NCBI RefSeq assembly: GCF_006345805.1
Contig: NW_021832763.1
Span: forward strand, 1-32,697
Origin: Octopus sinensis
Lineage: Eukaryota
Reading direction: 5' to 3'
Length of the DNA stretch: 32,697 bases
Shown: in pieces, positions 12,386-24,269 of the stretch
How the letters are laid out: each line of letters begins with the position of its first letter
How positions within the stretch are numbered: position 1 is the stretch's first letter
Position numbers and translations under genes: made by a program
The notes under the pieces: generated by a model
What the model was told of the DNA's origin: nothing
Databases searched by the model: none
What the model saw: the letters and a program-made list of their open reading frames with translations, nothing else

Positions 12386-12465
12386 ATAGAGGGCATTATT
12401 ACACATAAATGCCTCACACTAAGAGGGACAAAGTCATTACTACCAAAATTATATATATATATATA

Positions 12466-12476
12466 TACACACACAC

Positions 12477-12516
<40 letters not shown>

Positions 12517-12579
12517 AACACACACACACACAAACACACACACAACCACACACACACACACACACACACACACAACAAA

Positions 12580-12672
<93 letters not shown>

Positions 12673-12680
12673 CACCACAC
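12466..12680. repeat. Compound (CA)n microsatellite
   Basis: Directly visible. Confidence 0.95.
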
Positions 12681-12830
12681 ATATATATATATATGCATGT
12701 GTGAGAGCTTTATTAAAACCCCAAAACTTCATAAATTGTTACTGTTACTCTGAATTTCATGTACCTACTCATCAAAGAGAAGTCTGCACCAATATGTTCA
12801 GACTAATCTATCTATCTATCTATCTATCTG

Positions 12831-12861
<31 letters not shown>

Positions 12862-12862
12862 G

Positions 12863-12925
<63 letters not shown>

Positions 12926-12968
12926 GTCTATCTATCTATCTGTCTATCTATCTATCTATCTATCTATC

Positions 12969-13360
12969 TAGTCCTATGAACCCAGAAATCGAAAACAGAG
13001 AGTTGCTTATTTGCAAAAAAAAAAAAAAAAAAAAAGAAATATAAAATGTGACTTCATTGACCGAGGTTACCGTGGTCTTTTCCGTAGGCTTCTCTTTCCA
13101 CGGGTAAACCTCACCTGTCCTCCCCTTTACACTTCATATTGACATTTCTGTGATAACGATCCCTATTGATCAATTTTTTTTCCTCTCCCCCTTTTTTTTT
13201 TTTTAACCCCCCTTTTTTTTGTCTCTTTCTCTCCCTTTTACGATCCCTTTGATCGAAACTCCCCCTTCCTTTTTTTTTTTTTTTTAAACCTTCAAAAGAA
13301 AAGCTCTACCTTGTAATTTGTTCTATCTGTGTGCAGCCCTGTGTGGCTAATAAAGAAACA
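12969..13360 (+). mobile_element. Severely 5'-truncated copy 1 of the same Tx1-like LINE (last codons plus 3' UTR)
   Basis: Nearly identical to 14554-14959, from TAGTCCTATGAACCC to GGCTAATAAAGAAACA; flanked on both sides by (TATC)n. Confidence 0.9.
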
Positions 13361-13410
13361 TATCTATCTATCTATCTATCTATCTATCTGTCTATCTATC
13401 TATCTATCTG

Positions 13411-13457
<47 letters not shown>

Positions 13458-13502
13458 GTTTGTCTGTCTATCTATCTATCTATCTGTCTATCTATCTATC
13501 TG

Positions 13503-13553
<51 letters not shown>

Positions 13554-13582
13554 GTCTATCTATCTATCTATCTATCTATCTG

Positions 13583-13617
<35 letters not shown>

Positions 13618-13635
13618 GTCTATCTATCTATCTAT

Positions 13636-14564
13636 TCAGGCGATCCATTTGCTGTCAACACCCGTTAAAAGGAGGGCTGGGCATGCCGTGGTTGATGATG
13701 CGCAGACACGCGCTGAGACTGCGACATCTCTGGCTCTATGTAGACGACGGTGAACAGGTGTGGTCGCCGTTTGTGAGGCACGCTTTTCCGCAGCTCGTCT
13801 CCATGACCGAACTGCAGTCGTGGATCAAAAAGAGGCCGAGGAAGGGCGAATGGCACCGCGAGTGTCGCGTTGCTCTCAAGCAACTCTGCCGTCCTGGGTC
13901 GACCTTAAGTGACTTCAAACACACCAAAGCATTCTATAGGGGTTTAGTGGAGGGGAGGTACGACGACGAGCTCGGGGCGAACCTGGACGTCGACGAGGAG
14001 GAGTCCTGACCCGCCTGTTCGGGACGACTTTCGGGCCAGGGCCCATGGACAACTTCCAGAGATCCCTGCCTGGCAGTGCTACCGAGAAGCGCTACCCGTT
14101 CGGGATAAGCTCTACAGACACGGCTCGAGAACACACGGGCCGACCTGCCCGAGATGCGGTCAGAGCGACGAAACCGTTCTGCACGCACTCGTTCAGTGTC
14201 CAACAATTTCCGACCTGTGGGCTTATGTCGAACAACTGCTGTCACGTGTGGGACGAGTCGGTTTATCAGCTGAGTCTATCGTCAATATTGTCACGCCTCC
14301 TTCCTTCAAACGGGAAGGAAGAGCTATTTTCATCATCCTTGTGGCTATGGCGAAAGAATGTATCTGGGGGACGCGTCTGAAAGGATTGGAGACAAACACT
14401 TTCCTCTCTGGTCAATCTCTCATCAACTTCTTCAAGTACCACTTGAAAAGGAAAGTGAGAGTAGAGAGCAAGTTTTGTCTAGCGAATGTTTTAAAAAAAG
14501 ATGGGTGAATGTAGCAAGAATGGCACGTATGAATGACGAAGCCACCTTGAGCATAGTCCTATGA
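13636..14564 (+). pseudogene. Frameshifted ORF2 C-terminal fragment (post-RT region and zf-RVT/CCHC) of the Tx1-like LINE
   Basis: One protein can be rebuilt across three apparent single-base shifts (~14005, ~14067, ~14468): ..[123 protein letters not shown]. Confidence 0.85.
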
Positions 14565-14959
14565 ACCCGAAATCGAAAAACAGAGAGTTGCTTATTTGCA
14601 AAAAAAAAAAAAAAAAAAAAAAGAAATATAAATGTGACTTCATTGACCGAGGTTACCGTGGTCTTTTCCGCAGGCTTTTCTTTCCGGGTAAACCTCACCT
14701 GTCCTCCCCTTTACACTTCATATTGACATTTCTGTGATAACGATCCCTATTGATCATTTTTTTTCCTCTCCCCCCCTTTTTTTTTTTTTTTTTTTTTTTA
14801 ACCCCCCTTATTTTTGTCCTCTTTCTCTCCTTTTACGATCCCTTTTGATCGAACCTCCCCCTTCCTTTTTTTTTTTTTTTTTTAATACCTTCAAAAGAAA
14901 AGCTCTACCTTGTAATTTGTTCTATCTGTGTGCAGCCCTGTGTGGCTAATAAAGAAACA
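13636..14959 (+). mobile_element. 5'-truncated Tx1/L1-clade non-LTR retrotransposon (ORF2 C-terminus plus 3' UTR), copy 2
   Basis: GC-rich island in AT-rich DNA. Translates to ..[12 protein letters not shown].. (post-RT P-x-x-GGLG motif) and CPRCGQSDETVLHALVQC (C-x2-C-x8-H-x4-C zinc knuckle of L1/Tx1 ORF2), and ends ..FKKRW..SIVL* at 14564. A 3' UTR follows with AATAAA (14948-14953) then (TATC)n. Confidence 0.9.
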
Positions 14960-15001
14960 TATCTATCTATCTATCTATCTGTCTATCTATCTATCTATCT
15001 G

Positions 15002-15040
<39 letters not shown>

Positions 15041-15077
15041 GTTTGTCTGTCTATCTATCTATCTATCTGTCTATCTG

Positions 15078-15138
<61 letters not shown>

Positions 15139-15159
15139 ATGTATATGTGTGTGTGTGTG

Positions 15160-15204
<45 letters not shown>

Positions 15205-15221
15205 GTCTATCTATCTATCTG

Positions 15222-15282
<61 letters not shown>

Positions 15283-15347
15283 ATGTATATGTGTGTGTGT
15301 GTGTATGCATATACATATATATATATTTATATATACATGTATATGTA

Positions 15348-15626
15348 TCATCATCAACAACATCATCATTTAACGTCCGCTTTCCATGCTGGCATGGGTT
15401 GGATGGTTTACCTGAGGACTGGCAAGCCAGTAGGCTGCACTAGGCTCCAATCTCATCTGGCAAGGTTTCTACAGCTGGACGGCCTTCCTAACGCCAACCA
15501 CTCTGAGAGTATAGTGGGTGCTTTTTACATGCAAATGGCACAGAAGCCTTTCAGGGGGCACTGGCATCGACCATGTTCAGATATTGCTTTTTATGTGCCA
15601 CCGGCATGGAAGCCAGTCAGGGGGCG
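15348..15626 (-). mobile_element. RTE 3' end (family B)
   Basis: (CAT)n-TTAACGTCCGCTTTCCATGCTGGCATGGGTTGG.. Confidence 0.8.
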
Positions 15627-15814
15627 ATAATATATATATATAAATGAAAAATGTATGGGAGATACACAAACAACATAACATATACCGAGTGTACAACGGG
15701 ATGGGAGACAAACACAGGTGGTCCCTAATTCTTCATCAGTTATCAATGAATTGGTAACACTCAGTTTCAAACCATTAATGATCCATATATATATATATAT
15801 ATAAAGATTCCTGA

Positions 15815-15844
<30 letters not shown>

Positions 15845-15847
<3 letters not shown>

Positions 15848-16030
15848 CTGTGTTTGTTCCCCCATCATTGCTTGACAACCGATGCTGGTGTGTTCCCGTC
15901 CCCGTAACTTAGCAGTTCGGCAAAAAAGAGAGCGATAGAATAAGTACTAGGCTTACAAAGAATAAGTCCTGGGTTCGAGTTTTACAACTAAAAAGATCTC
16001 CAGGAATGACTGAAACAAATAAAATAATAA
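15845..16030 (+). mobile_element. 3' half of family A SINE
   Basis: CTTGACAACCGATGCTGGTGTG..GAATAAGTACTAGGCTTACAAAGAATAAGTCCTGGG.. Confidence 0.8.
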
Positions 16031-16110
16031 AAGAATTATAGAAATATATATACATATATATATAATATATATATATATATATTATATATATATTATATAT
16101 ATATTATATA

Positions 16111-16148
<38 letters not shown>

Positions 16149-16368
16149 TAATATATATATATTATGCATATATATATTTATATGTACATGTATGTACATA
16201 TACATACATATGAAAAATGCAAAGAGGAAGCCAGAGAGATAGAGATAAAGGATGCCCCAAAACTCACCACATGGCAAAAATAAAATAAAGATCAAATATT
16301 TCTTGTGTGTAATTTAATTAAATGTTATTAAAATGTTAAAACCCCAAACAACTCTTGGGACAATCTAT

Positions 16369-16425
<57 letters not shown>

Positions 16426-16477
16426 ATATATGTATGTATGTATATATATATGTATGTATGTATTATATATATATGTA

Positions 16478-16740
16478 TCATCATCATCATCATTTAACGT
16501 CCGCTTTCCATGCTGGCATCGGTTGGACGGTTCAACTGGGGTCTGTAAAGCCAGAAGGCTGCATCAGGCCCAGTCTGATCTGGCAGTGTTTCTATGGCTG
16601 GATGCCCTTCCTAACGCCAACCACTCTGTGAGTGTAGTGGGTGCTTTTTACGTGCCACCGGCTCGGAGGCCAGTCGGGCGGCGCTGGCTACGACCACGTT
16701 TGGATGGTTCTCTTACGTGCCACCGGCACTGGTATCACAG
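16478..16740 (-). mobile_element. RTE 3' end (family B)
   Basis: Same (CAT)n-TTAACGTCCGC.. sequence with GTGCCACCGGCAC repeats. Confidence 0.8.
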
Positions 16741-16760
16741 CTACAAATTCCATTGGTATA

Positions 16761-16803
<43 letters not shown>

Positions 16804-16964
16804 CACACAGATATATATACTCATATATATACATATATATATACACACACACACATACACATATATATATATTTATGTATGTATGTATATATATGCATAT
16901 ATATATGTATGCATGTATGTATGTATGTTTGTATAGATAGATAGATAGATAGATAGATATAAAT

Positions 16965-17125
16965 ACTGACATGGTTTGGTGGTTAAGAAATTCTCTTTGC
17001 AGCCATGGAGTGTTGGGTTCAAGCCTGTCATGTGGCATCTTAAGCAATTCCTTTTACCTTTGCCTGTGATCAGCTCAAGCCTTGTCAGTAAAAGTGGATT
17101 GATTGAAACTGTATGGAAGCCTTTC
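16965..17125 (+). mobile_element. Degraded family A SINE 5' half
   Basis: GTGGTTAAGAA..GGGTTCAAGCC..GTGGCATCTTAAGCAA..AAGCCTTGT..GTGGATT..GAAACTG. Confidence 0.55.
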
Positions 17126-17380
17126 AGATGGACTCTACCCTTTACTCAAGGACCCTGACCCCTGCATTAAACTGCCCCTGTCAAACATTGTGTTATGCTG
17201 GTTGTACTGTAGGACCATGTTAAAAGTACATGTGACTGTGGAATATTCAGTCATATATTTTTTGAATTCAAGGACTAAGTCATTTTGCTGATTGGGCAAC
17301 AGACTGTCTTCGGAACTGACAGAGACCCATTTGCATCCATTTACTCCAAGAGTGTGTGTGTGTTGTGTGTGTGCATGTGT

Positions 17381-17441
<61 letters not shown>

Positions 17442-17740
17442 GTGTGTGTGTGTGTGTGTGTGTGTGTGGTATATATATATATGTATTTATATATGTGCAC
17501 ATGTATACACAAACATATATGCATATATATATATGTACATATACAATACACAAATATTTATATACAGACAATTATGTTTGTTATTATATACACACACATG
17601 TATAAAAATATGTGTGTGTGTGTATATACAATATATATACATATATATACACACCACACACACACACACACATATATATAAATATGCATTTATATGTATG
17701 TGTGTATATGTGTATATACATATATATATGTGTATATGTG

Positions 17741-17797
<57 letters not shown>

Positions 17798-18154
17798 ATA
17801 CACACACATATATATATGTATATATACATACATATGTATACAGACATACATATATGTTTATGTGTATGTATATATAGATATATTAATATACATACATATG
17901 TATACAGACATATATACATATATGTGTGTGTGTTGCATGTATATATATGTGGATTTGTGTACATGTATCGTGTGTGCATCCACTCCAACCCAAACACACC
18001 CATACACACATACAAGCACACAAATTATCAGATTTTGCATAAAAATAGTTATTTTCTTCTTTGTTTAATCTAAAGTACTTTTTTTTTTTTTTTAATATTA
18101 TTTATTTGCATTTTACACTTGAAAATATTCTCAGGAAATCTTTTTATAGATTCC

Positions 18155-18294
18155 TTGTTGTTGTTATTGTTGTTGTTGCAGTAGTAGTAGTAGTAATAGT
18201 AGTGGTGGTGGTGATGGTAGTAGTAGTAGTTGTTGTTGTTGTTGTCAATTTTGCTTCTGTTGTTGTTGTTGTTGCTGCTGTAATTATTATCATT

Positions 18295-18330
<36 letters not shown>

Positions 18331-18333
18331 ATA

Positions 18334-18376
<43 letters not shown>

Positions 18377-18383
18377 CAGCAGC

Positions 18384-18414
<31 letters not shown>

Positions 18415-18417
18415 ATA

Positions 18418-18466
<49 letters not shown>

Positions 18467-18535
18467 CAGCAGTAGTAGTAGTAGTAGTAGTAGTAGTAGT
18501 TGTTGTTGTTGCCGTCATTGTTACTGCTATTGTTG
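18155..18535. repeat. Compound (GTA)n/(GTT)n/(GCA)n trinucleotide array
   Basis: Directly visible; source of the poly-Val, poly-Thr and poly-Tyr ORFs. Confidence 0.95.
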
Positions 18536-18721
18536 CTGTTCTCTTTCATAGCCCATTGCCCTAAGAAATGCTTTTCTCCATTCATACAATTATAATCCCA
18601 CGCACACACATATTTATACACACTCATACATCATACATACATGTGTGTGTATGTAAGTATACATACATACATGCATATGCATATATATAAATACACACAC
18701 ACACACACCACATAATATATA

Positions 18722-18783
<62 letters not shown>

Positions 18784-18817
18784 ATATACAACATATATTA
18801 TACACATATACATATAT

Positions 18818-18865
<48 letters not shown>

Positions 18866-19084
18866 CATATATATATATGTGTGTGTGTATATATATATAT
18901 ATATACATACACATATATATGCACACACATACACACACACGTATATATACATAAATTCACTGTTTTCTTCACCATTTTTTTTCTATTTATCTTTATTTTT
19001 GAGGGTTTTTTTTATTAGAAAAAGAAGAATCTGGTAGGGGAGAGGAAATTTATGTGTATATGCATGTGTGAGTGTGTGTGTATT

Positions 19085-19115
<31 letters not shown>

Positions 19116-19428
19116 GTGTATTTGTATGTGTGTATGTGCGTGTACGTGCGTGCATGTGTGTGTATGTACGTGTACGTGCATGCATGTGTGTGTATGTGTG
19201 TGTGTGTGCATGTACGTGTGTGCATGTGTGTGTGTGTGTGTGTGTGTGCATGTGTGTGTGCTTGTGTGTGTGTGTGTGTGTGTTTAGATGAAGTATGGTC
19301 AAGTGGTTACAAAGTTTACTTTGCCAATGACGAAGTCTTGGGTTTGGCTCCATGGCATGGCACCACAAGGTCACTGCTCAAGTCAGCCCCATGTTGCTGT
19401 GGCTGAAATTGGGTTGACAGAAACTCAC

Positions 19429-19577
19429 CATGTGATTCGCTTACAATGCATTGTGAAAGCCTGTCTGGGCTTCTTAACATGTTTTGTGATCTTTGTTAAC
19501 AAAAGGCATATTCATGCTGTCTCGTTTGTTTCCGGTTCACCATGTGGGCATACTCAAGCAGTTTGTTGCTTGATAGA
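19429..19577 (-). other. Candidate 149-nt exon, probably non-coding or 5' UTR
   Basis: Minus strand: CCCCTTCCCTCCCAG| acceptor and CATG|GTGAGT donor; all three frames contain stops. Confidence 0.3.
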
Positions 19578-19906
19578 CTGGGAGGGAAGGGGTTACTTCA
19601 CTTGAAAACAAGTGGGAGTGTTGGCAACAGGAAGAGCATCCAGCCATAGAAAGGTCTTACTCAACATGCACTTGTCCAGTAATTTCCAACATGGGGCATA
19701 CACCCCACTGATAGGGACCTGGCTAAATTCTAGCGGGGTGTGGGATCCATATTTGTTTTCTTTTTTATAGCACATGGAATTGTGAAAATATTTTTTTCAC
19801 AGCAAAATATTCTATGCCTATGCTCAGCCTAGCTAAGCCAATCCCTCCAGCCAAGCATAGGGTGTGAAGATGGTTTGCTACATTTTAGCACTATTCTTAT
19901 GCCCAA

Positions 19907-20304
19907 GGAGCGGCTGTATGGTAAGTAGCTTGCTTACCAACCACATGGTTCCGGGTTCAGTCCCACTGTATGGCACCTTGGGCAAGTGTCTTCTACTATA
20001 GCCTTGGGCCAACCAAAGCCTTGTGAGTGGATTTGGTAGACGGAAACTGAAAGACGCCTGTCGTATATATGTATATGTATATGTGTGTGTGTGTGTGTGT
20101 GTGTCTGTGTTTGTCCCCCCAACATCGCTTGACAACCGATGCTGGTGTGTTTATGTCCCCGTAACTTAGTGGTTTGGCAAAAGAGACTGATAGAATAAGT
20201 ACTAGGCTTACAGAGAATAAGTCCTGGGGTCAATTTGCTCGACTAAAGGCGGTGCACTAGCATGGCTGCAGTCAAATGACTGAAACAAGTAAAAGAGTAA
20301 AAGA
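19907..20304 (+). mobile_element. Full-length tRNA-derived CORE-like SINE (family A) with an internal (TA)/(TG) microsatellite
   Basis: A-box TGGTAAGTAGC, B-box GGTTCAGTCCC, CORE-like GGCACCTTGGGCAAGTGTCTT, tail (GAGTAAAA)n. Confidence 0.85.
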
Positions 20305-20398
20305 ATATGTGTGGATATTTCTTTAACCCTTTTGAGACCTGCCTGCCTCAGACAGCCTATGTCCTATCATAAATACTTCCTGTTTTAAAGTGATTTAA

Positions 20399-20619
20399 CC
20401 CTTTAGTGTTTAAACCAGCCATATCCAGCCAAAATATTCTACCTGTTTTATCTTCAAACTGGTCAGATATTGTTTTGCATGACTACCTTACAGTGTCATT
20501 TTGATATTTAAAAAATCACATCACTGAAATCTCAAAGCCATGAAGCAATGCATGATTAATTTAAAATGGTGTGAAGACATAAGCTTTACATTTGACAGAA
20601 TAATCTGAATGCTGAAAGG
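20399..20619. mobile_element. piggyBac-type MITE, second copy
   Basis: TTAA at 20395-20398 and 20620-20623; homologous to 7572-7791. Confidence 0.85.
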
Positions 20620-20680
20620 TTAAATTTCTTCAAAATTTCATATTGATTTAAGTCCAAAATACCAGCTTAATAAAAGGTAA

Positions 20681-21004
20681 AGGAAAAGATAGAGGCCTCC
20701 TTCAGTCATGAATGACCATGGGACTGCACCTAGAAACTTCCTCTCCAAAGGTCAAGTCCAGGCAAAATTATTTATGGAAGAACAGCAATCATTCATGCAT
20801 ACCAGCCTCTTCTCTCCACACCACTGATGATGGTATCCAAGGGAAAGACAAAGGCCGATACAGCTTGGCACCACTCATTTCTACAGCTGAGTGAACTTGA
20901 GCAACATGAATAAAGTGTCTTGCTCAAAAACACAACACAGGAATTGAACTCACTACCTCATGATTGTGAGCCCGATGTTGTAACCACTGAGCTATGTGCC
21001 TTCA
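20681..21004 (-). mobile_element. tRNA-derived SINE (family D)
   Basis: Reverse head (GGAATTGAACTC..AACCACTGAGCTA), GTGTCTTGCTCAA body, AAAGGTAAAGG at the tail end. Confidence 0.7.
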
Positions 21005-22477
21005 TCAGCACAAACTATACTACAGGACTCACAGCATTTGAACTCAAAACGTAAAGACAGACGAAATTTTGCGAAGCATTTTGCTTGGCAAGTTAATGAT
21101 TCTCCCAGCTTATTGTCTTACAGTAGATGAATATAAATTATTTGTGTGCCAAGTGGCAAGTAGACATGTAAACAGTAAGCAGATATGTAGCACAAGCTGT
21201 TTGCACTTCATGAATTCAGACTTTATTTACCTCTTCAATTCTTGAACATCACTAATGCTCTTTATAGAGGAATGAATGTTACAGCTTCTGAATCAGCCAT
21301 CCTTAGCTACCACCTTAACAGATAAAGCCTTTGTTTTCATATAATAAGTCTCTTTAACCAGTGGTAATCTTCCAACTAGTTGAATCTGCCATCGAGTTTC
21401 AAACCCCAGTCAAACCTGTTTTATTTCACTTGATTAAAAAACAAAAGCCCTTCGGAAAAGAATGAACATCGCACAGTCTCATTTTGTTCACTGTTATAAA
21501 CCAGTCTGTGTTTGTCAAATTTTAGGAATCAAGTATTACAATGATGGCTTGTGCTTGTTTGACCAAACAGAATTATGATCAAATACTTCCAGATATGACC
21601 ATCCTGTCTTTTTCTCTCAGATACACTATATCCAACATATCTGTCTTTATAAAAAAAAAAAAATGTGATTTGAGTGAAATTTGCCTACTATTTCTTGCAA
21701 TTCAAGAAACCACATAGAGGTTTCCTTCATGGGTTTAAAGACAGGAAGGTTGATAGAAATGAAGGAACAATGGATTAAACCTCTATTGTTGTTCTGTGCA
21801 CTGAATTTAAATCCTTCCAGAATTGACTCAGATTTTCAACCCAAAGGGTTTGCTAAAGTAAACACCCGTAATAAACCTAGTTTGGTTCAATCAAACCACA
21901 TGCTAAAAAGTTGTTGTTGTTTTTTTTTCTACCACTGAGTCAGAAGAAATCAATATGTCTTAGCGCTTAACTGTGACAGGAGCTTCTTCCAAAGAACGAC
22001 ATTCCTCGGTAAGTCTGTATGAATGCATGCGTGTGTGTGCTTGTGTCTTTTGCATGCATGTTGTGTGTGTGTGTGTGTGTGCGTGTGTGTGTGTGTGTGT
22101 GTGTGCGTGTGTGTGTATGTGTGTGTCTGTGTGTGTGTGTGTCTGCTCTAAGACATGAAAATTTAATTGTTTGAGCTTCTGATTTGAATCAAGAGATGGA
22201 ACCTTCTGGAAACCGAATAGTTTTTCTATAGTCGGAAAGAATATAACCCCATGAGTGTGTTTCCATGCGAATAACATTAGGTTGATAGAATGCTAAACAA
22301 ACAGGCGAATGGTCAAAGGTTTTGTGTCTGGTTGTTGGCAAAACTGCATTGTGCTTAATCACAGTTGAAGCTAAAGCCATTGAGACTAAATTCAGGTTCA
22401 TATCTATCCATCTATCCATCTATCTGTCTGTCTGTCTCTCTGTTGTCTGTTGTCTATGTATGTATGTTTCTACCTCC

Positions 22478-22519
<42 letters not shown>

Positions 22520-22734
22520 CTCTATCTATCTGTCCGTCCGTCTGTCTGTTTGCCTGTTGTCTATGTATATATGTATGTATCTATGTATCTGTCTATCTAT
22601 CTATGTATTTATCTGCATGCATAGACCCGCCCACACACACCCACATACACCCACGTACACATATACCCAGCTATCTTTCTGCCTTTATGTGTGTGTGTGT
22701 GTATGAATACTTACTTAAATATGTACAAGCTTAT

Positions 22735-23045
22735 ATATGTATGTATGCATGTATGTATGTATGTATGTATGTATGTATGTATGTATGTATGTATGTATGA
22801 ATGTATGTATGTATGTATGTATGTATGTATGCATGTGTGTGTGTATATATGTATGTTTGCATGTAGTATGTATGTATGTATGTATGTATGCATGTGTGTG
22901 TGTATGTATGTATGCATGTATGTATGTATGTATGTATGTATGTATGTATGTATGTATGTATGCATGTGTGTGTGTATGTATGCATGTATGTATGTATGTA
23001 TGTATGTATGTGTGTGTCTATGTATGTATGCATGTGTGTATGTAT
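22735..23045. repeat. (TATG)n microsatellite
   Basis: Directly visible. Confidence 0.95.
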
Positions 23046-23238
23046 GGTTAACAAGGCTTATAGCTGATTCAGTGCTATGCAATATTTTATCCACTCAAAA
23101 GAAATTCTCAGACTGAAACTCCTTGGACTCTTGGAACATTAGTATGGACTTACTAAATTTAGAAAGTGGTCTTACTCAGTCATGTGTTGACTCCCACTAA
23201 ACATACATAATATCATCATCATCATCATCATCATCATC

Positions 23239-23687
23239 GGTAAGTAGCTTGCTTACTAACCACATGGTTCCGGGTCCAGTCCCACTGTGTGGCACCTTGG
23301 ACCAGTGTCTTCTACTATAGCCTCAGGCCGACCAAAGCCTTGTGAGTGGAGTTGGTAGACGGAAACTGAAAGAAGACCATTGTATATATGTATATATATA
23401 TATATAAATTAAACCACTATTATGCAATATATATATAAAAATATAAGTGTGTGTGTGTGTGTGTGTGTTTGTATGTCCGTGTTTGTCCCCCCAACATCAC
23501 TTGACAACCAATGCTGGTGTGTTTACGTCCCCGTAACTTAGCAGTTCGGCAAAAGAAACCAATAGAATAAGTACTAGGCTCACAAGGAATAAGTCCTGGG
23601 GTCGATTTCCTCAACTAAAGGCGGTGCTCCAGTATGGCCACAGTCAAATGACTGAAACAAATAAAAGGGTACACAGAGTAAAAGAGT
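23239..23687 (+). mobile_element. Family A SINE
   Basis: Homologous to 19907-20304. Confidence 0.85.
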
Positions 23688-23777
23688 ATCATCATCACTT
23701 ACCATCATCATCATTATCATCATCAACATCATCATCATCATAAAAAACAAGCTTCTTTGTTTGATGTAGATACAGAA

Positions 23778-24150
23778 ATTTCATTTCATTTCATTTCATT
23801 TGGGTTTGAGTCCATGCTCAGGCCAAGTCGAAGACTCCACCCTCAGAGTCTGGTGTGGTTGCCAGGTTGTATTCTCTGCTTAATTTTGACATGTGTAGGA
23901 GCGAGTTTGAGTCAGTTTGTGCTTGTTGTGTATATCCTGGGAGATGGGGTTCATCTCTAATGGTGCTTAAGTATCTATCCAGCTGCAATTTGAATGATTC
24001 CACACTGCATCCTGATAGATTTCTGACATGTACCGGAATGGAGTTGAACAGTTGTGCTCCTCGAACCAACAGACTTGACTCTCGCAGGGTTTTTGCTGCC
24101 TGGCCAGCCTTTTTGTTGATTGGTGGCATTGAACACATACTGTCACAAAC
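23778..24150 (-). mobile_element. CR1-group LINE 3' end (ORF2 C-terminus with (AAATG)n tail)
   Basis: ..LVRGAQLFNSIPVHVRNLSGCSVESFKLQLDRYLSTIRDEPHLPGY..SNSLL fits the CR1-group C-terminal LFN-x-P..FK..LD pattern; (TTTCA)n on plus at ~23779-23800. Confidence 0.8.
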
Positions 24151-24269
24151 ATGAAAGAAATAGAAATAAACAAATAAACAGCCTTCAAAGATGCTAGGTG
24201 AGCTGGTTTGTAAGGGATATATGAGCCTTTGTTTGAAATAAGTTGGAAAAGGTACTGAAGGGTTTAATG

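Larger units (their letters stand above)
12806..15280. repeat. Large (TATC)n array with TGTC variants, split into 12806-12970, 13361-13635 and 14960-15280 by the two LINE copies
   Basis: Directly visible. Confidence 0.95.

Noticed and set aside
13329-13635. N-terminal part of the 226-aa ORF
   Set aside because: Read-through of (TATC)n; only the part from 13636 is LINE ORF2
18061-18564. Poly-Val, poly-Thr and poly-Tyr ORFs
   Set aside because: Trinucleotide array with no coding signature
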